A DNA stretch of 47,476 bases from Thermoanaerobaculia bacterium. Lineage in GTDB: Bacteria; Acidobacteriota; Thermoanaerobaculia; Multivoradales; UBA5704. The stretch spans positions 1 through 47,476 of the forward strand of contig JBJMGZ010000658.1 of the NCBI GenBank assembly GCA_045807605.1, in the 5' to 3' direction. The notes beneath the pieces were generated by a model, which saw nothing but the letters and a program-made list of their open reading frames with translations, was not told the origin of the DNA and made no database searches. Shown in pieces: positions 7,428 to 23,392 of this stretch; the first letter of the stretch is position 1, and each line of letters opens with the position of its first letter. Both the position numbers and the translations under genes were made by a program.

Positions 7428-10400
7428 CGCCGCTCCCCCGGAACCCGGGCGATCAGCCCGCCGAGCGCCGCGACCCGGGGCGGACGCAGCAGCGAATAGT
7501 GGTCGCCCGGCAGGATGTGGATCTCGGAGCCCGCGCCGGCCAGCTCGCGCCACGCCTCGAACCCGTCGCCGGGGTCGACGCTCTCCTCGGCGCGGATCAG
7601 GAGGGTGCGGCCGCCGTACGGGCCGGGCCGGTAGCCCTGCAGGGCGCGGCGGTTGGCGCGGAACAGGTCGAACAGACCTTCCACCGGCAGCGCCGAGCCG
7701 TCCAGGCCGGAGAGCGCCGCCTGGTCCTGGACGAACCGGGCCAGCTCGTCATCCCCGGGATCGGCTTCCCGCGGTCCGGGCGCAGCGACGTCGATCATGG
7801 CCAGCAGGGCAGCCCGCTCCCCGGCGGCCTCCAGCTGCCGCGCCATCTCGAAGGCCACCACGCCGCCCAGGGACCAGCCGGCCAGCCGGTAGGGACCCGC
7901 GGGCTGGACCTCGCGGATGGCGCCGAGGTAGAGCGCCGCCATGGCCTCGATCGTCCAGGGCCGGGGGAGCGACTCGGGCTCCGGCGCCTGGATCGCGTGC
8001 ACGGGTCCGCCCAGGCCGCCCTCCCGCGCCAGCGGCAGGTAGCAGAAGACGCTGCCTCCAACGGGATGGATGCAGAAGAGCGGCGGATTCGAGCCGCGGG
8101 GCTCCAGCGGCACGAGCAGCGAGCGCGGCCTGTCCGCACCCCGGCGGAGGAGATCGGCCAGCCGCTCCACGGTCGAGGCCTCCAGCAGCGCGGAGAGCGG
8201 GATCCTGCGGCCGAAGTGTTGCTCGACGCTCCCCATCAGCCGCAGCGCGAGCAGCGAATGGCCGCCCAGGGCGAAGAAATCGTCGCGGATGCCGACCGGC
8301 CGCACGTCCAGGAGGTCCTCCCAGATCTGCGCCAGGCGCAGCTCGATCTCGTCGCGCGGCGGCGCCGCCTCCCGGCTGCCGCGGCCGGCCTGCCCCGGCT
8401 CCGGCAGGGCGGCGCGGTCGACCTTGCCGTTGGCGGTGAGCGGCATCCCGGGGAGCACCACGAACGCCGACGGCAACATGTACTCGGGGAGCCGCGCCTT
8501 GAGGAGCTCGCGCAGCTCGTCCGCGGAGGGGGGCGGGTCCGCCGTCAGGTAGGCGATCAGCCGCTGGTCGCGCGCGACGACCACGGCCTCCCGCACCTGC
8601 GGATGGCCCCGCAGCGCGGCCTCGACCTCGCCCGGCTCGATGCGGAAGCCGCGGACCTTCACCTGGTGGTCGATCCGGCCCAGGAACTCCAGGCGCCCGT
8701 CCGGCAGGTGGCGGACCCGGTCGCCGGTGCGGTAAAGCCGCGCGCCCGGCTCGGACCCGAAGGGATCGGGCACGAACCGTTCGGCCGTCAGACCGGGCCG
8801 ATCGAGATACCCCCGGGCCACGCCCGCGCCGCCGATCCAGAGCTCGCCGGGGACTCCGGGCGGAGCCGGATGGAAGCCGGGGCCCGCCACGTAGAGCCGC
8901 GTGTTGACGATGGGGCGGCCGATGGGCACCGCTCCCGAGGCGGGATCGTCCGGCGCCACTTCGTGGACGCAGCAGCCCACGACCGTCTCGGTCGGCCCGT
9001 ACTCGTTGATCAGGCGCGTGTCCGGCGCGTTCCGGCGCCAGAAGCCGAGGCTCTCGAAGGTCAGCAGCTCGCCACCGATGACCAGCGCGTGCGCGCGTCC
9101 CGCGCACTCCTCGGCGGGGATCAGGTGCCGCAGCGCCTCCAGGTGAGCGGGCGTGATCTTGACCAGGCTGAGCCCCTCGGCCTGGCGCAGCGCGCCGGCG
9201 AGCGCCTCCACGTCTCCCCGGTCCGGCAGCAGCGTCACCGTCCGGCCCGCGGCGAGAGGCGAGAGCAGGCTGGTGACGGTGAGGTCGAAGCCGAGGGCGG
9301 AATGGACGGGCGCTCCCGCTCCGTCCGCCACGCGGTAGGCCTCGACCGCCCAGAGCAGGTAGTTGACCAGCCCGTGGTGGGAGACCATGACCCCCTTGGG
9401 CCTGCCCGTCGAGCCCGAGGTGTAGAGGACGTAGGCCAGGTCCTCGGCATCCGCCGAGCGCGGCAGCCGGGTCTCGGGCTGGGCGTCCAGGGCATCGAGC
9501 CACTCGCGGGTGATCACGAGGGAGGTCCCCGAGTCCTCGGTCATCCAGGCCAGGCGCTCCGCCGGATGCCCCGGCTCCAGAGGCACGTAGGCCGCTCCCG
9601 CCTTGAGCGCCGCGAGGAGCGCGGCCGCCATCTCCGGCGAGCGCTCCAGGCAGAGGCCGATCCGCGATCCCGGCCCCACGCCGCGCCCGCGCAGCGCGTG
9701 CGCGATCCGGTTCGAGCGCCGGTCGAGCTCGGCGTACGTGAGCCGCTCCTCGCCGCAGACCAGGGCGAGCGCGTCCGGGGAGCGCTCGGCCGCGGCCTCG
9801 AAGAGCTGGTGGGCGCAGACGTCGGGGATGGGCCGGTCCCCGGTCCGGCTCCACTCCCGCAGGACCTGGAGCTGCTCGTCCGGCAGCGGGGACAGGAGGT
9901 TCCAGGCCGCGCCGGGATCGTCCGTCATCGCGAGCAGGGTGCGCGCGTAGAGCCCGGCGAACGTCCGCACCAGCTCCGGATGCAGCTCTCCCGCGTCGTA
10001 CTGGAGCAGCACCTGGAGGTCGGAGCTGATCGCGTTGCGGTCGCAGTGGACCGTCAGGGTGAAGCTGGTCTCGGCGAAGGTGCGGACCTCGACGACCTCC
10101 AGGTTCCGCGTGCTCTCCAGGACGTGGAAGTGGACGTAGTTGAAGTTCACCTCGAACAGGCGGCGGCCCGCGCTCCTCTGCATTTCGGCGAGAGGGAACC
10201 GCCGGTGCGGCAGCAGGTCGCGCTCGGCCTCGAACGCCGCGCGCATCAGGTCGCGCCAGCTCCCTGCCGCCAGCCGCAGGCGCAGCGGCACGGTGTTGAG
10301 GAAGAGGCCCAGCACGCGCTCTCCCCCCTCGACCTCGGGCCTGCCGTTCGTCACCAGCCCGGTGGTCACGTCCGCATCGCCCGCGAGCAGCTCCAGGACG

Positions 10401-13400
10401 CGCAGATGGGCCGCCAGCAGCACGCTCTTGAACGGCACGCCCGCGCCGTCCGCGAGCCGGCCGAGCGCCGCGGTCGTCCCGGCCGTCAGAGAGACGGGGG
10501 CCGACCGGATGCGCTGCTCCGGCACCGGCAGCCGTCCCGGCCACCGCGGCAGCTCCTGGAATTCCTGGCCCGCGAGCCGCCCGGACCAGTAGCGGCGGCT
10601 CTCCTCGGACGCGAGCGCCCGCCGCTCCAGCGCCACGAAGTCGCGGAACGCGACCGGGGGAGGAGGCGGCAGGGTCTCGTCGAAGTACAGCGCGAACAGG
10701 TCGGAGAGCAGCGAGGCGAAGCTCCAGCCGTCCACGATCGCGTGGTGCTCGGTGACCCCGAGCTCGCAGGTGTCGTCGGTCAGGAGGTGGGCCCAGAACC
10801 GGAGGAGAGGGGGGCGGCTCCAGTCGAAGCGCCGCGACCGCTCGGCTGCGAAGCGCTCCGCCGTCACCCGCTCCCGCTCCTCCGGCGGGAGCGCGCGGAG
10901 GTCCGCGAACTCCAGGGGGATCCGCGCCTCCCGGTGCACGAGCTGCAGGGGCTCGCCGTACCGCGCCCCGTCGAAGGAGGTCCGCAGCACGGCATGGCGC
11001 GCGGCGAGGCGCTCCAGGGCGCGGGAAAGCCCGGCGGGGTCGAGGGCGCCGCGCAGCGTGAAGCTGCTCACGTTGTGGTAGGGGATCGAGCCCGCGCCGC
11101 TCTCGCCGTGGAAGAGCATGCCGAGCTGGAGCAGCGAGAGCGGATAGGCGTCCTCCAGGCCCTCGGGCAGGCGCTCCCGGTCCGCGGGCGCAACCAGGGC
11201 GAACGGCTCGAGCGCCTCCGTCTCCTCGCCGTCGCGCCGCGCGGCCTGCGCCAGCTCTTCGAGCGTCTGGTAGCGGAAGAGATCCTGGAGCTCGAAGTGC
11301 AGGCCGCGCTCGGCCGCGAGCGAGCGCACCCGGATGCTGAGGATCGAGTCGCCGCCGAGCGCGAAGAAGTTGTCGCCGACCCCGACCTCGTCCAGCCCGA
11401 GGACGCGCGACCAGACCTCGGCGAGCGCCCGTTCCTCGGGTGTCCGCGGGAGGACGAGCTCCCCCGCCAGGGTGGAGCGCTCGCGCTCCGGGGCGGGCAG
11501 GGCGGCGCGGTCGATCTTGCCGTGGGCCGTCAGGGGGAGCGCCGCGAGCGGCACGAAGGCGGCCGGCAGCATGTGCTCGGGCAGCCGCCGGCGCAGGAAC
11601 GCGCGCAGCTCCTCGATCCCCGGCAGCGGCTCCGCTCCGGCCACGAGATAGGCGACCAGGCGCCGCTCCCCGCCCTCTTCGTCGCGATCCTTGCGGGCCA
11701 GCACCACCGCCTGCCGCACCGCCGGGTGCTCGCCCAGGGCGGTCTCGATCTCCCCCAGCTCGATGCGGAAGCCGCGGATCTTGACCTGATGGTCGATCCG
11801 CCCCAGGTACTCCAGGTCGCCGTTCGGCAGGTAGCGCGCGAGGTCGCCCGAGCGGTAGAGGCGCCCCCCTGGCTCGCGCCCGAACGGATCGGGCACGAAG
11901 CGCTGCGCGGTCAGCTCGGGCCGGCCGAGATAGCCCCGGGCCACCCCGGCCCCGCCGACGTACATCTCGCCGGCGACGCCGGTCGGCGCGGGCTCCTGGT
12001 TGCGGTCCAGGACCGCCAGGGAGAGGTCGGGCAGCGCCATGCCGATCATGCTCGCCGCGCTCAGGTCGGACGCGCCGACCGGGCGCCAGGTCACGTGCAC
12101 GGTCGTCTCGGTGATGCCGTACATGTTGACCAGCCGCGGCAGCCGGTCGCCATGGCGCTCGAACCAGGGCGCGAGGCTCTGGAGGTCGAGCGCCTCGCCG
12201 CCGAAGACCACGTAGCGCAGCGCGATCCCCTCCCCCCCCGCCCCGGCATCCGCCTCGATGAGCTGGCGGAAGGCCGACGGCGTCTGGTTGAGCACGGTCA
12301 CCCGCTCGCGCGCCAGCAGCTCGCGGAACGCCGACGGGGAGCGGCTCACGAAGTAGGGGACGACCACGAGCGTGCCGCCGTAGAGGAGGGCTCCCCAGAT
12401 CTCCCAGACCGAGAAGTCGAAGGCATGCGAGTGGAACAGGGTCCAGACGTCGTCCGGGCCGAAGTCGAAGAGCCCCTCGGTCGTGCTGAAGAGCCGCACC
12501 ACGTTGGCGTGGCTCACCCCCACGCCCTTCGGGCGCCCCGTCGATCCCGAGGTGTAGATGATGTAGGCCAGGTTGTCCGGATCGACAAGGACCGGCGCGG
12601 CGGCGTTCTCCTCGTCCAGGGGACCGTCGAGATCGACGACCGGGACATCGCACGCCGGGAGCCTCTCCCGCAGCGAGGACTGGGTGAGCAGCACCCGGAT
12701 CCCCGAGTCCGACAGCAGGTAGCGCAGCCGCTCCTCGGGGTAGGCGGGATCGAGGGGGACGTAGGCGCCACCGGCCTTCAGGATCGCGAGGATGCCCACG
12801 ACCATCGGAATCGAGCGCTCGACGCAGAGGCCCACCCGCGCCTCGGGGCCGGCACCGGCACGCCGCAGCCTCCGAGCCCAGCGTCCGGCGAGCGCGTCGA
12901 GCCCGGCATAGGTCAGCCGCTCGCCCTCGCAGACCACCGCGATCGCGTCCGGCGTGCGCGCCGCCTGCGCCTCGAAGAGCCGGTCGAGCGTGGTTTCGAC
13001 CGGGCGCCGGGCCGCGCCGGTGTTGCGCTCGGCGATCAGGTGGTGGCGCTCCTCCGGGGAGAGGATCGGCAGGCTCCAGATCCGCCGGTCGGGATCGGTG
13101 GCCACGCCGGCGAGAAAGCGTCCGAAGTGATCGAGGAAGCGGTCTGCCGTGGCGGCGTCGAACAGGTCGGTGCTGTACTCGAGCGTCCCTTCGAGGCTCG
13201 CCTCGCCCGCGGCGAGCACCAGGGTGAGATCGAACTTGGAGGAGCTGGTGGAGGTCGCGACCGGCTCGAGCGCCAGGTCCTCCAGGGGGGCCGCGGGCCG
13301 CGGTGCATTCCCGAGAGCCAGCATCACCTGGAAGAGCGGCGTGTGCGAGAGCGTGCGCTCGATCTTCAGCTCGTCGATCAGCTTTTCGAAGGGCAGGTCC

Positions 13401-14484
13401 TGGTTCGCCTGGTCGTCGAGCAGCGTCTCGCCCGTCCGCCGCAGCGCCTCGCGGAAGACCGGGTCCCCGGACAGGTCGGAGCGCATCACGAGCGTGTTGA
13501 CGAAGAACCCGATGAGCTCCTCGGTCTCGCGGTGGCGGCGCCCCGCCACGGGCGTGCCCACGCAGACGTCCTCCTGGCCCGAGCAGCGGCAGAGCAGCGC
13601 CTGGAAGGCGGTCAGCAGCGTGGCGAAGAGCGTGGTCCCCTCGCGGCGCGACAGCTCCTGCAGGCGCTGCGCGAGGTCGGCCGGGAAGAAGAACGGCCGG
13701 CTCGCGCCGCGCGGCGACTGGACCGCGGGCCGCGGCCGGTCCGCGGGCAGCGCGAGCAGGGGCGGAGCGCCCACGAGCCGGCGGTGCCAGTGGTCGACCT
13801 GGGCGGCGAGCACCTCGCCCTGGAGCCAGCGGCGCTGCCAGTCGGCGAAGTCCGCGTACTGGATCGGCAGCTCGGGAAGCGGCGAGGGCTGGCCGCGGTG
13901 GAACGCGCGGTAGAGCACGGCCAGCTCCCGCACCAGCAGGTTGCGCGACCACTCGTCGGAGACGATGTGATGGAGCGTGACCAGGAGCACGTGGCGCTCG
14001 GCCGCCAGGCGCAGCAGCGCCGCCCGGAAGACCGGCCCCTGCGCCAGGTGGAACGGCCGCCGCGCCTCCTCGGCCACCCGGCGATCCAGCTCCTCGGGCA
14101 GTGCGCCCAGGTCGATCACCGGCAGCGGCACGGCCGCGGCCGGGGCCACGGCCTGGACCGGCCCGTCGTCATCTTCCTCGAAAGTCGAGCGCAGCACCTC
14201 GTGGCGCCGCGCCACTTCCATCAGCGCCCGGGCGAGCGCCGCCACGTCGAGCCGGCCGTCGAGCCGCAGGGCCGCGGGCACGTTGTAGGCCGGGCTCGCC
14301 GGCTCCATCTGGTGCAGGAACCAGAGGCGCTGCTGCGAGAACGAGCATGGGAAGCGGTTTCCTGCTCCGCGCAGCGGGCTCGGGGCGATCGGCGGGATGC
14401 CGGAGCCCGAGCGCTCCCGGAGCTTCTGCTGGAGAAGCTTCTGCTTCGCCGGCGAGAGGCGGCCGATGCGGTCGAGGACCTCGC

Positions 14485-14488
<4 letters not shown>
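7424..14488 (-). CDS. NRPS-5, termination protein: C-A(Thr)-T-C(DCL/dual-type)-A(Asn)-T-TE, 2354 aa
   Basis: This is the real part of track ORF 7424..17452, beginning MSEVLDRIGRLSPAKQKLLQQKLRER (ATG 14486-14488, ATGA overlap with the NRPS-4 stop). Motifs found:
- SFSQQRLWFL and HHIVSDEWS
- YTSGSTGRPKG (twice)
- FFALGGDSILS
- YPLSLLQLGMLFH and HHAIVDGWS
- FFALGGHSLLA
- TE motifs GWSLGG and PGDHYS. Confidence 0.95.
7427..8116 (-). other. Type I thioesterase domain (chain release/cyclisation)
   Basis: PLFCIHPVGGSVFCY, nucleophile elbow GWSLGG and C-terminal PGDHYSLL, located at the extreme C-terminus of the last NRPS. Confidence 0.85.
8399..9826 (-). other. A domain of NRPS-5 module 2, predicted Asn (approximate boundaries)
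   Basis: The code is D L T K V G E V G K, read from GFDLTVT / LVKITPA / LVIGGE / NEYGPTETVVG. The published Asn code is DLTKLGEVGK (9 of 10 match). Confidence 0.75.
9869..11161 (-). other. C domain of the DCL/dual-E/C clade (approximate boundaries)
   Basis: The N-terminal motif EDAYPLSLLQLGMLFH differs from the S(F/Y)AQERLWFL motif of the other eight C domains. The active site HHAIVDGWS is intact. It is preceded by the only GGDSI-type carrier in the cluster. Confidence 0.6.
11474..12991 (-). other. A domain of NRPS-5 module 1, predicted Thr (approximate boundaries)
   Basis: The ten-residue code, read by alignment to GrsA positions 235-517, is D F W N V G M V H K. It comes from FDFSVWE / VLNQTPS / VVFGGE / NMYGITETTVH. 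The published Thr code is DFWNIGMVHK (9 of 10 match). Confidence 0.8.
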
Positions 14489-20943
<6,455 letters not shown>

Positions 20944-20950
20944 CGCCCGC

Positions 20951-23380
20951 TCATTCGTAGCGCAACGCGATCGTCGGCTCCACCTTGACCGCGCGCCGCG
21001 CCGGCAGGTACGTCGCGAGCGAGGCGACCGCGATGAAGACGAGGACCACCCCGGCGAAAGTGAACGGATCCCGTGCTGTGACGCCGAAGAGCTGGCTGGA
21101 CAGGAGGCGGGTCAGCACCAGGGCGCTGGCGACGCCCAGAACCAGGCCGCCGCACACCAGGGCCAGGCCGCGGCCCATCACCAGCCCGAGCACGCCGTTG
21201 CGATTCGCCCCCAGCGCCATGCGCAGCCCGATCTCCTGCGTCCTCTGCACCACGGAGTACGCCAGCATGCCGTAGAGGCCGAGCAGGGCGAGAAGCAGGG
21301 CGAGGAACGCGTAGAGCCCGACGATGGCCGCGTTCAGGCGCTGGCTCCGCTCCTGCTCCCGCATGCGCTCCTCGATGGTGCGGATGTCGTAGACCGGGAC
21401 CTGGGAGTCCACCTTGCGGACCGCGTCGCGGACGCTCTTGGTGACGCTCGCCGAATCGATGCTCGCGCGCACGATCAGGTTCGTGTCCGCGGTCGGCCGC
21501 TGCCCGAGCGAGAACAGGATGTGGTGGTTGCCCTCCACGAACCGGCCCTGGAAGCGGACGTTCGGGATGAGCCCCACGACGGTCACCGGCACGTCGGGCT
21601 CGCGGGTGGGCCGGACGAGCCGCTTGCCGATCGGGTCCTGGCCCGGCCACAGGACGTCGGCGAGCGACTTCGTGATCACCGCGACCCGCGGCCCCTCGTA
21701 GATGTCGTCCTGGGTGAACTCGCGGCCCTTGAGCAGCGGCACGCCGAGCACCTTGAGAGCGCCCGGGCTGACGCAGTGCAGGTCCGCCCGGATCGGCGCG
21801 GCCTCCGCCGGCGCGCCCTCGCGCGCGACCTCGGTGAACGTGGTCATGATGCCCGGCATCGCGGGTCCCCAGATCCCGGCCGCCTGCACGCCCGGGGCGC
21901 CGTCGAGGAGCCGGAGCAGCTCCTTCTGGGCCGCCGCCATCGCCGGCCGCTCCTCGTACCTCTCGGACTCGAAGCTCAGCCGCATGCTCAGCAGGCGGGC
22001 GGTCTCGAAGTCCACGCCCGTGGTCTGGAGCAGCCAGAAGCTGCGCAGCAGCAGCCCGGCCACGATGAGCAGGACCACGACGATGGCGACCTGGAAGACG
22101 ATCAGGCTGTTGCGGCCCCGGGACGAGTGGGTCCTGCCCCCGGCGGAGCGGATCTGCTGCAGCGTCCCCTTGGAATCCATGCGCGCGACGCTGAGCGCCG
22201 GCGGCAGGCCGAACAGCAGCCCGGTCAGCACCGTGCCCAGGATGGTGATGGCGAGAATCTGGCCGTCGAGCTCGATCTTGGTGAAGGGCGGCAGGTCGAG
22301 AAGGCCGACCATCAGCTTCGTGCCCCAGACCGCGAGCAGCGCCCCGAGCGCGCCGCCCAGGATGGCCAGGATCAGGCTCTCCGCGAGCACCTGCTGGATC
22401 AGCCGCCACCGGTTCGCTCCGAGAGCGAGCCGCAGGGAGAGGTCGCGCCGCCGCTCGGCCACCCGCACCAGCAGGAGGTTGGCGATGTTGGCGCAGCCGA
22501 TCAGCATGACGAGCCCCGCTCCGGCGAGCAGGATCTTCATCCCGGCCTCCATGTCCTCGAACATGAACTCGCGCAGCGGCAGCACCCGCGCGCCGTAGTC
22601 CTTGTTCGTATCGGGGTACTGGCGCTGCAGGTCGGTGGCGAACGCGTCGGCCTCCTGCTGGGCCTGCTCGACCGTCACCCCCGGCTTCAGGCGCGCCAGG
22701 GAGAACCAGAGACGCTCCTCGCGCGAGGTGAAGATCGGCGGCTCGTTGGGCAGGAACGAGGCTCCCGCCATGTTGGCCGGGATCCAGGCGTCGACCTCCC
22801 ACCGCCCCTGCGGGAAGTCGTAGAGCCCTTCCGGCATCACGCCGACCACCGTGTAGGGCTCGTTGTTGAGGACGATCTTCTGCCCGACGATCCCCGGATT
22901 CTTCTGCCAGAGACGCTGCCACAGGTGATGGCTGAGGATGATGAACGGCGCGCTTCCCGGGGGTCCGTCCTCCTGCGGCGTGAACAGGCGGCCCAGCCGC
23001 GGCTGGACGCCGAGCATCTTGAGATACGACGAGGGGACGTAGTTGACCCCGATCCTCTCGACGGAGTCTCCCTGCATGACGAGACGGTCCTGGTAGCAGA
23101 GGAAGGGCGACACGTCCTCCAGGAGCGCCGTCCTCCTGCGCCAGTCCTCCGACTCGAGCCAGGACAGGTCGGTGTCGGACGAGTTGGGCAGGTAGAACAT
23201 GCTGAGGACGACGAGGCGGTCCGCATCCTTGTAGGCCAGGTCCCGGAAGAGAACCGCCTTGGCGGCGCTGAACACGGATGCGCTGCCGCCGATGCAGAGC
23301 GCCAGGATCAGCAGCACCAGGACGCTGAAGCCCGGACGCAACGCGAGGGATCGTGCCGACTGCCGTACGAGGTTGGTCAT
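20951..23380 (-). CDS. Duplicated FtsX/MacB-type ABC permease without an ATPase domain ('ADOP', acidobacterial duplicated orphan permease family), 809 aa
   Basis: Track ORF 20951..23380. The protein contains two copies of the unit [N-terminal TM + large periplasmic domain + three-TM FtsX module]. The FtsX signatures are GCANIANLLLVRVAERRRDLSLRLALGANRWRL and LYGMLAYSVVQRTQEIGLRMALGANRNGV. The C-terminus LPARRAVKVEPTIALRYE is typical of the family. A strong GGAGGA Shine-Dalgarno sequence at 23385-23390 lies 4 nt before the ATG. Confidence 0.85.
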   Translation of the reverse strand: MTNLVRQSARSLALRPGFSVLVLLILALCIGGSASVFSAAKAVLFRDLAYKDADRLVVLSMFYLPNSSDTDLSWLESEDWRRRTALLEDVSPFLCYQDRLVMQGDSVERIGVNYVPSSYLKMLGVQPRLGRLFTPQEDGPPGSAPFIILSHHLWQRLWQKNPGIVGQKIVLNNEPYTVVGVMPEGLYDFPQGRWEVDAWIPANMAGASFLPNEPPIFTSREERLWFSLARLKPGVTVEQAQQEADAFATDLQRQYPDTNKDYGARVLPLREFMFEDMEAGMKILLAGAGLVMLIGCANIANLLLVRVAERRRDLSLRLALGANRWRLIQQVLAESLILAILGGALGALLAVWGTKLMVGLLDLPPFTKIELDGQILAITILGTVLTGLLFGLPPALSVARMDSKGTLQQIRSAGGRTHSSRGRNSLIVFQVAIVVVLLIVAGLLLRSFWLLQTTGVDFETARLLSMRLSFESERYEERPAMAAAQKELLRLLDGAPGVQAAGIWGPAMPGIMTTFTEVAREGAPAEAAPIRADLHCVSPGALKVLGVPLLKGREFTQDDIYEGPRVAVITKSLADVLWPGQDPIGKRLVRPTREPDVPVTVVGLIPNVRFQGRFVEGNHHILFSLGQRPTADTNLIVRASIDSASVTKSVRDAVRKVDSQVPVYDIRTIEERMREQERSQRLNAAIVGLYAFLALLLALLGLYGMLAYSVVQRTQEIGLRMALGANRNGVLGLVMGRGLALVCGGLVLGVASALVLTRLLSSQLFGVTARDPFTFAGVVLVFIAVASLATYLPARRAVKVEPTIALRYE

Positions 23381-23392
23381 TGGGTCCTCCGT

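Noticed and set aside
20944-23392. The ADOP permease as a mobile-element or horizontally inserted cassette splitting an NRPS gene.
   Set aside because: There are no flanking inverted or direct repeats and no transposase or integrase. GC content and codon style match the neighbours, and both flanking NRPS genes are intact with proper start and stop codons.
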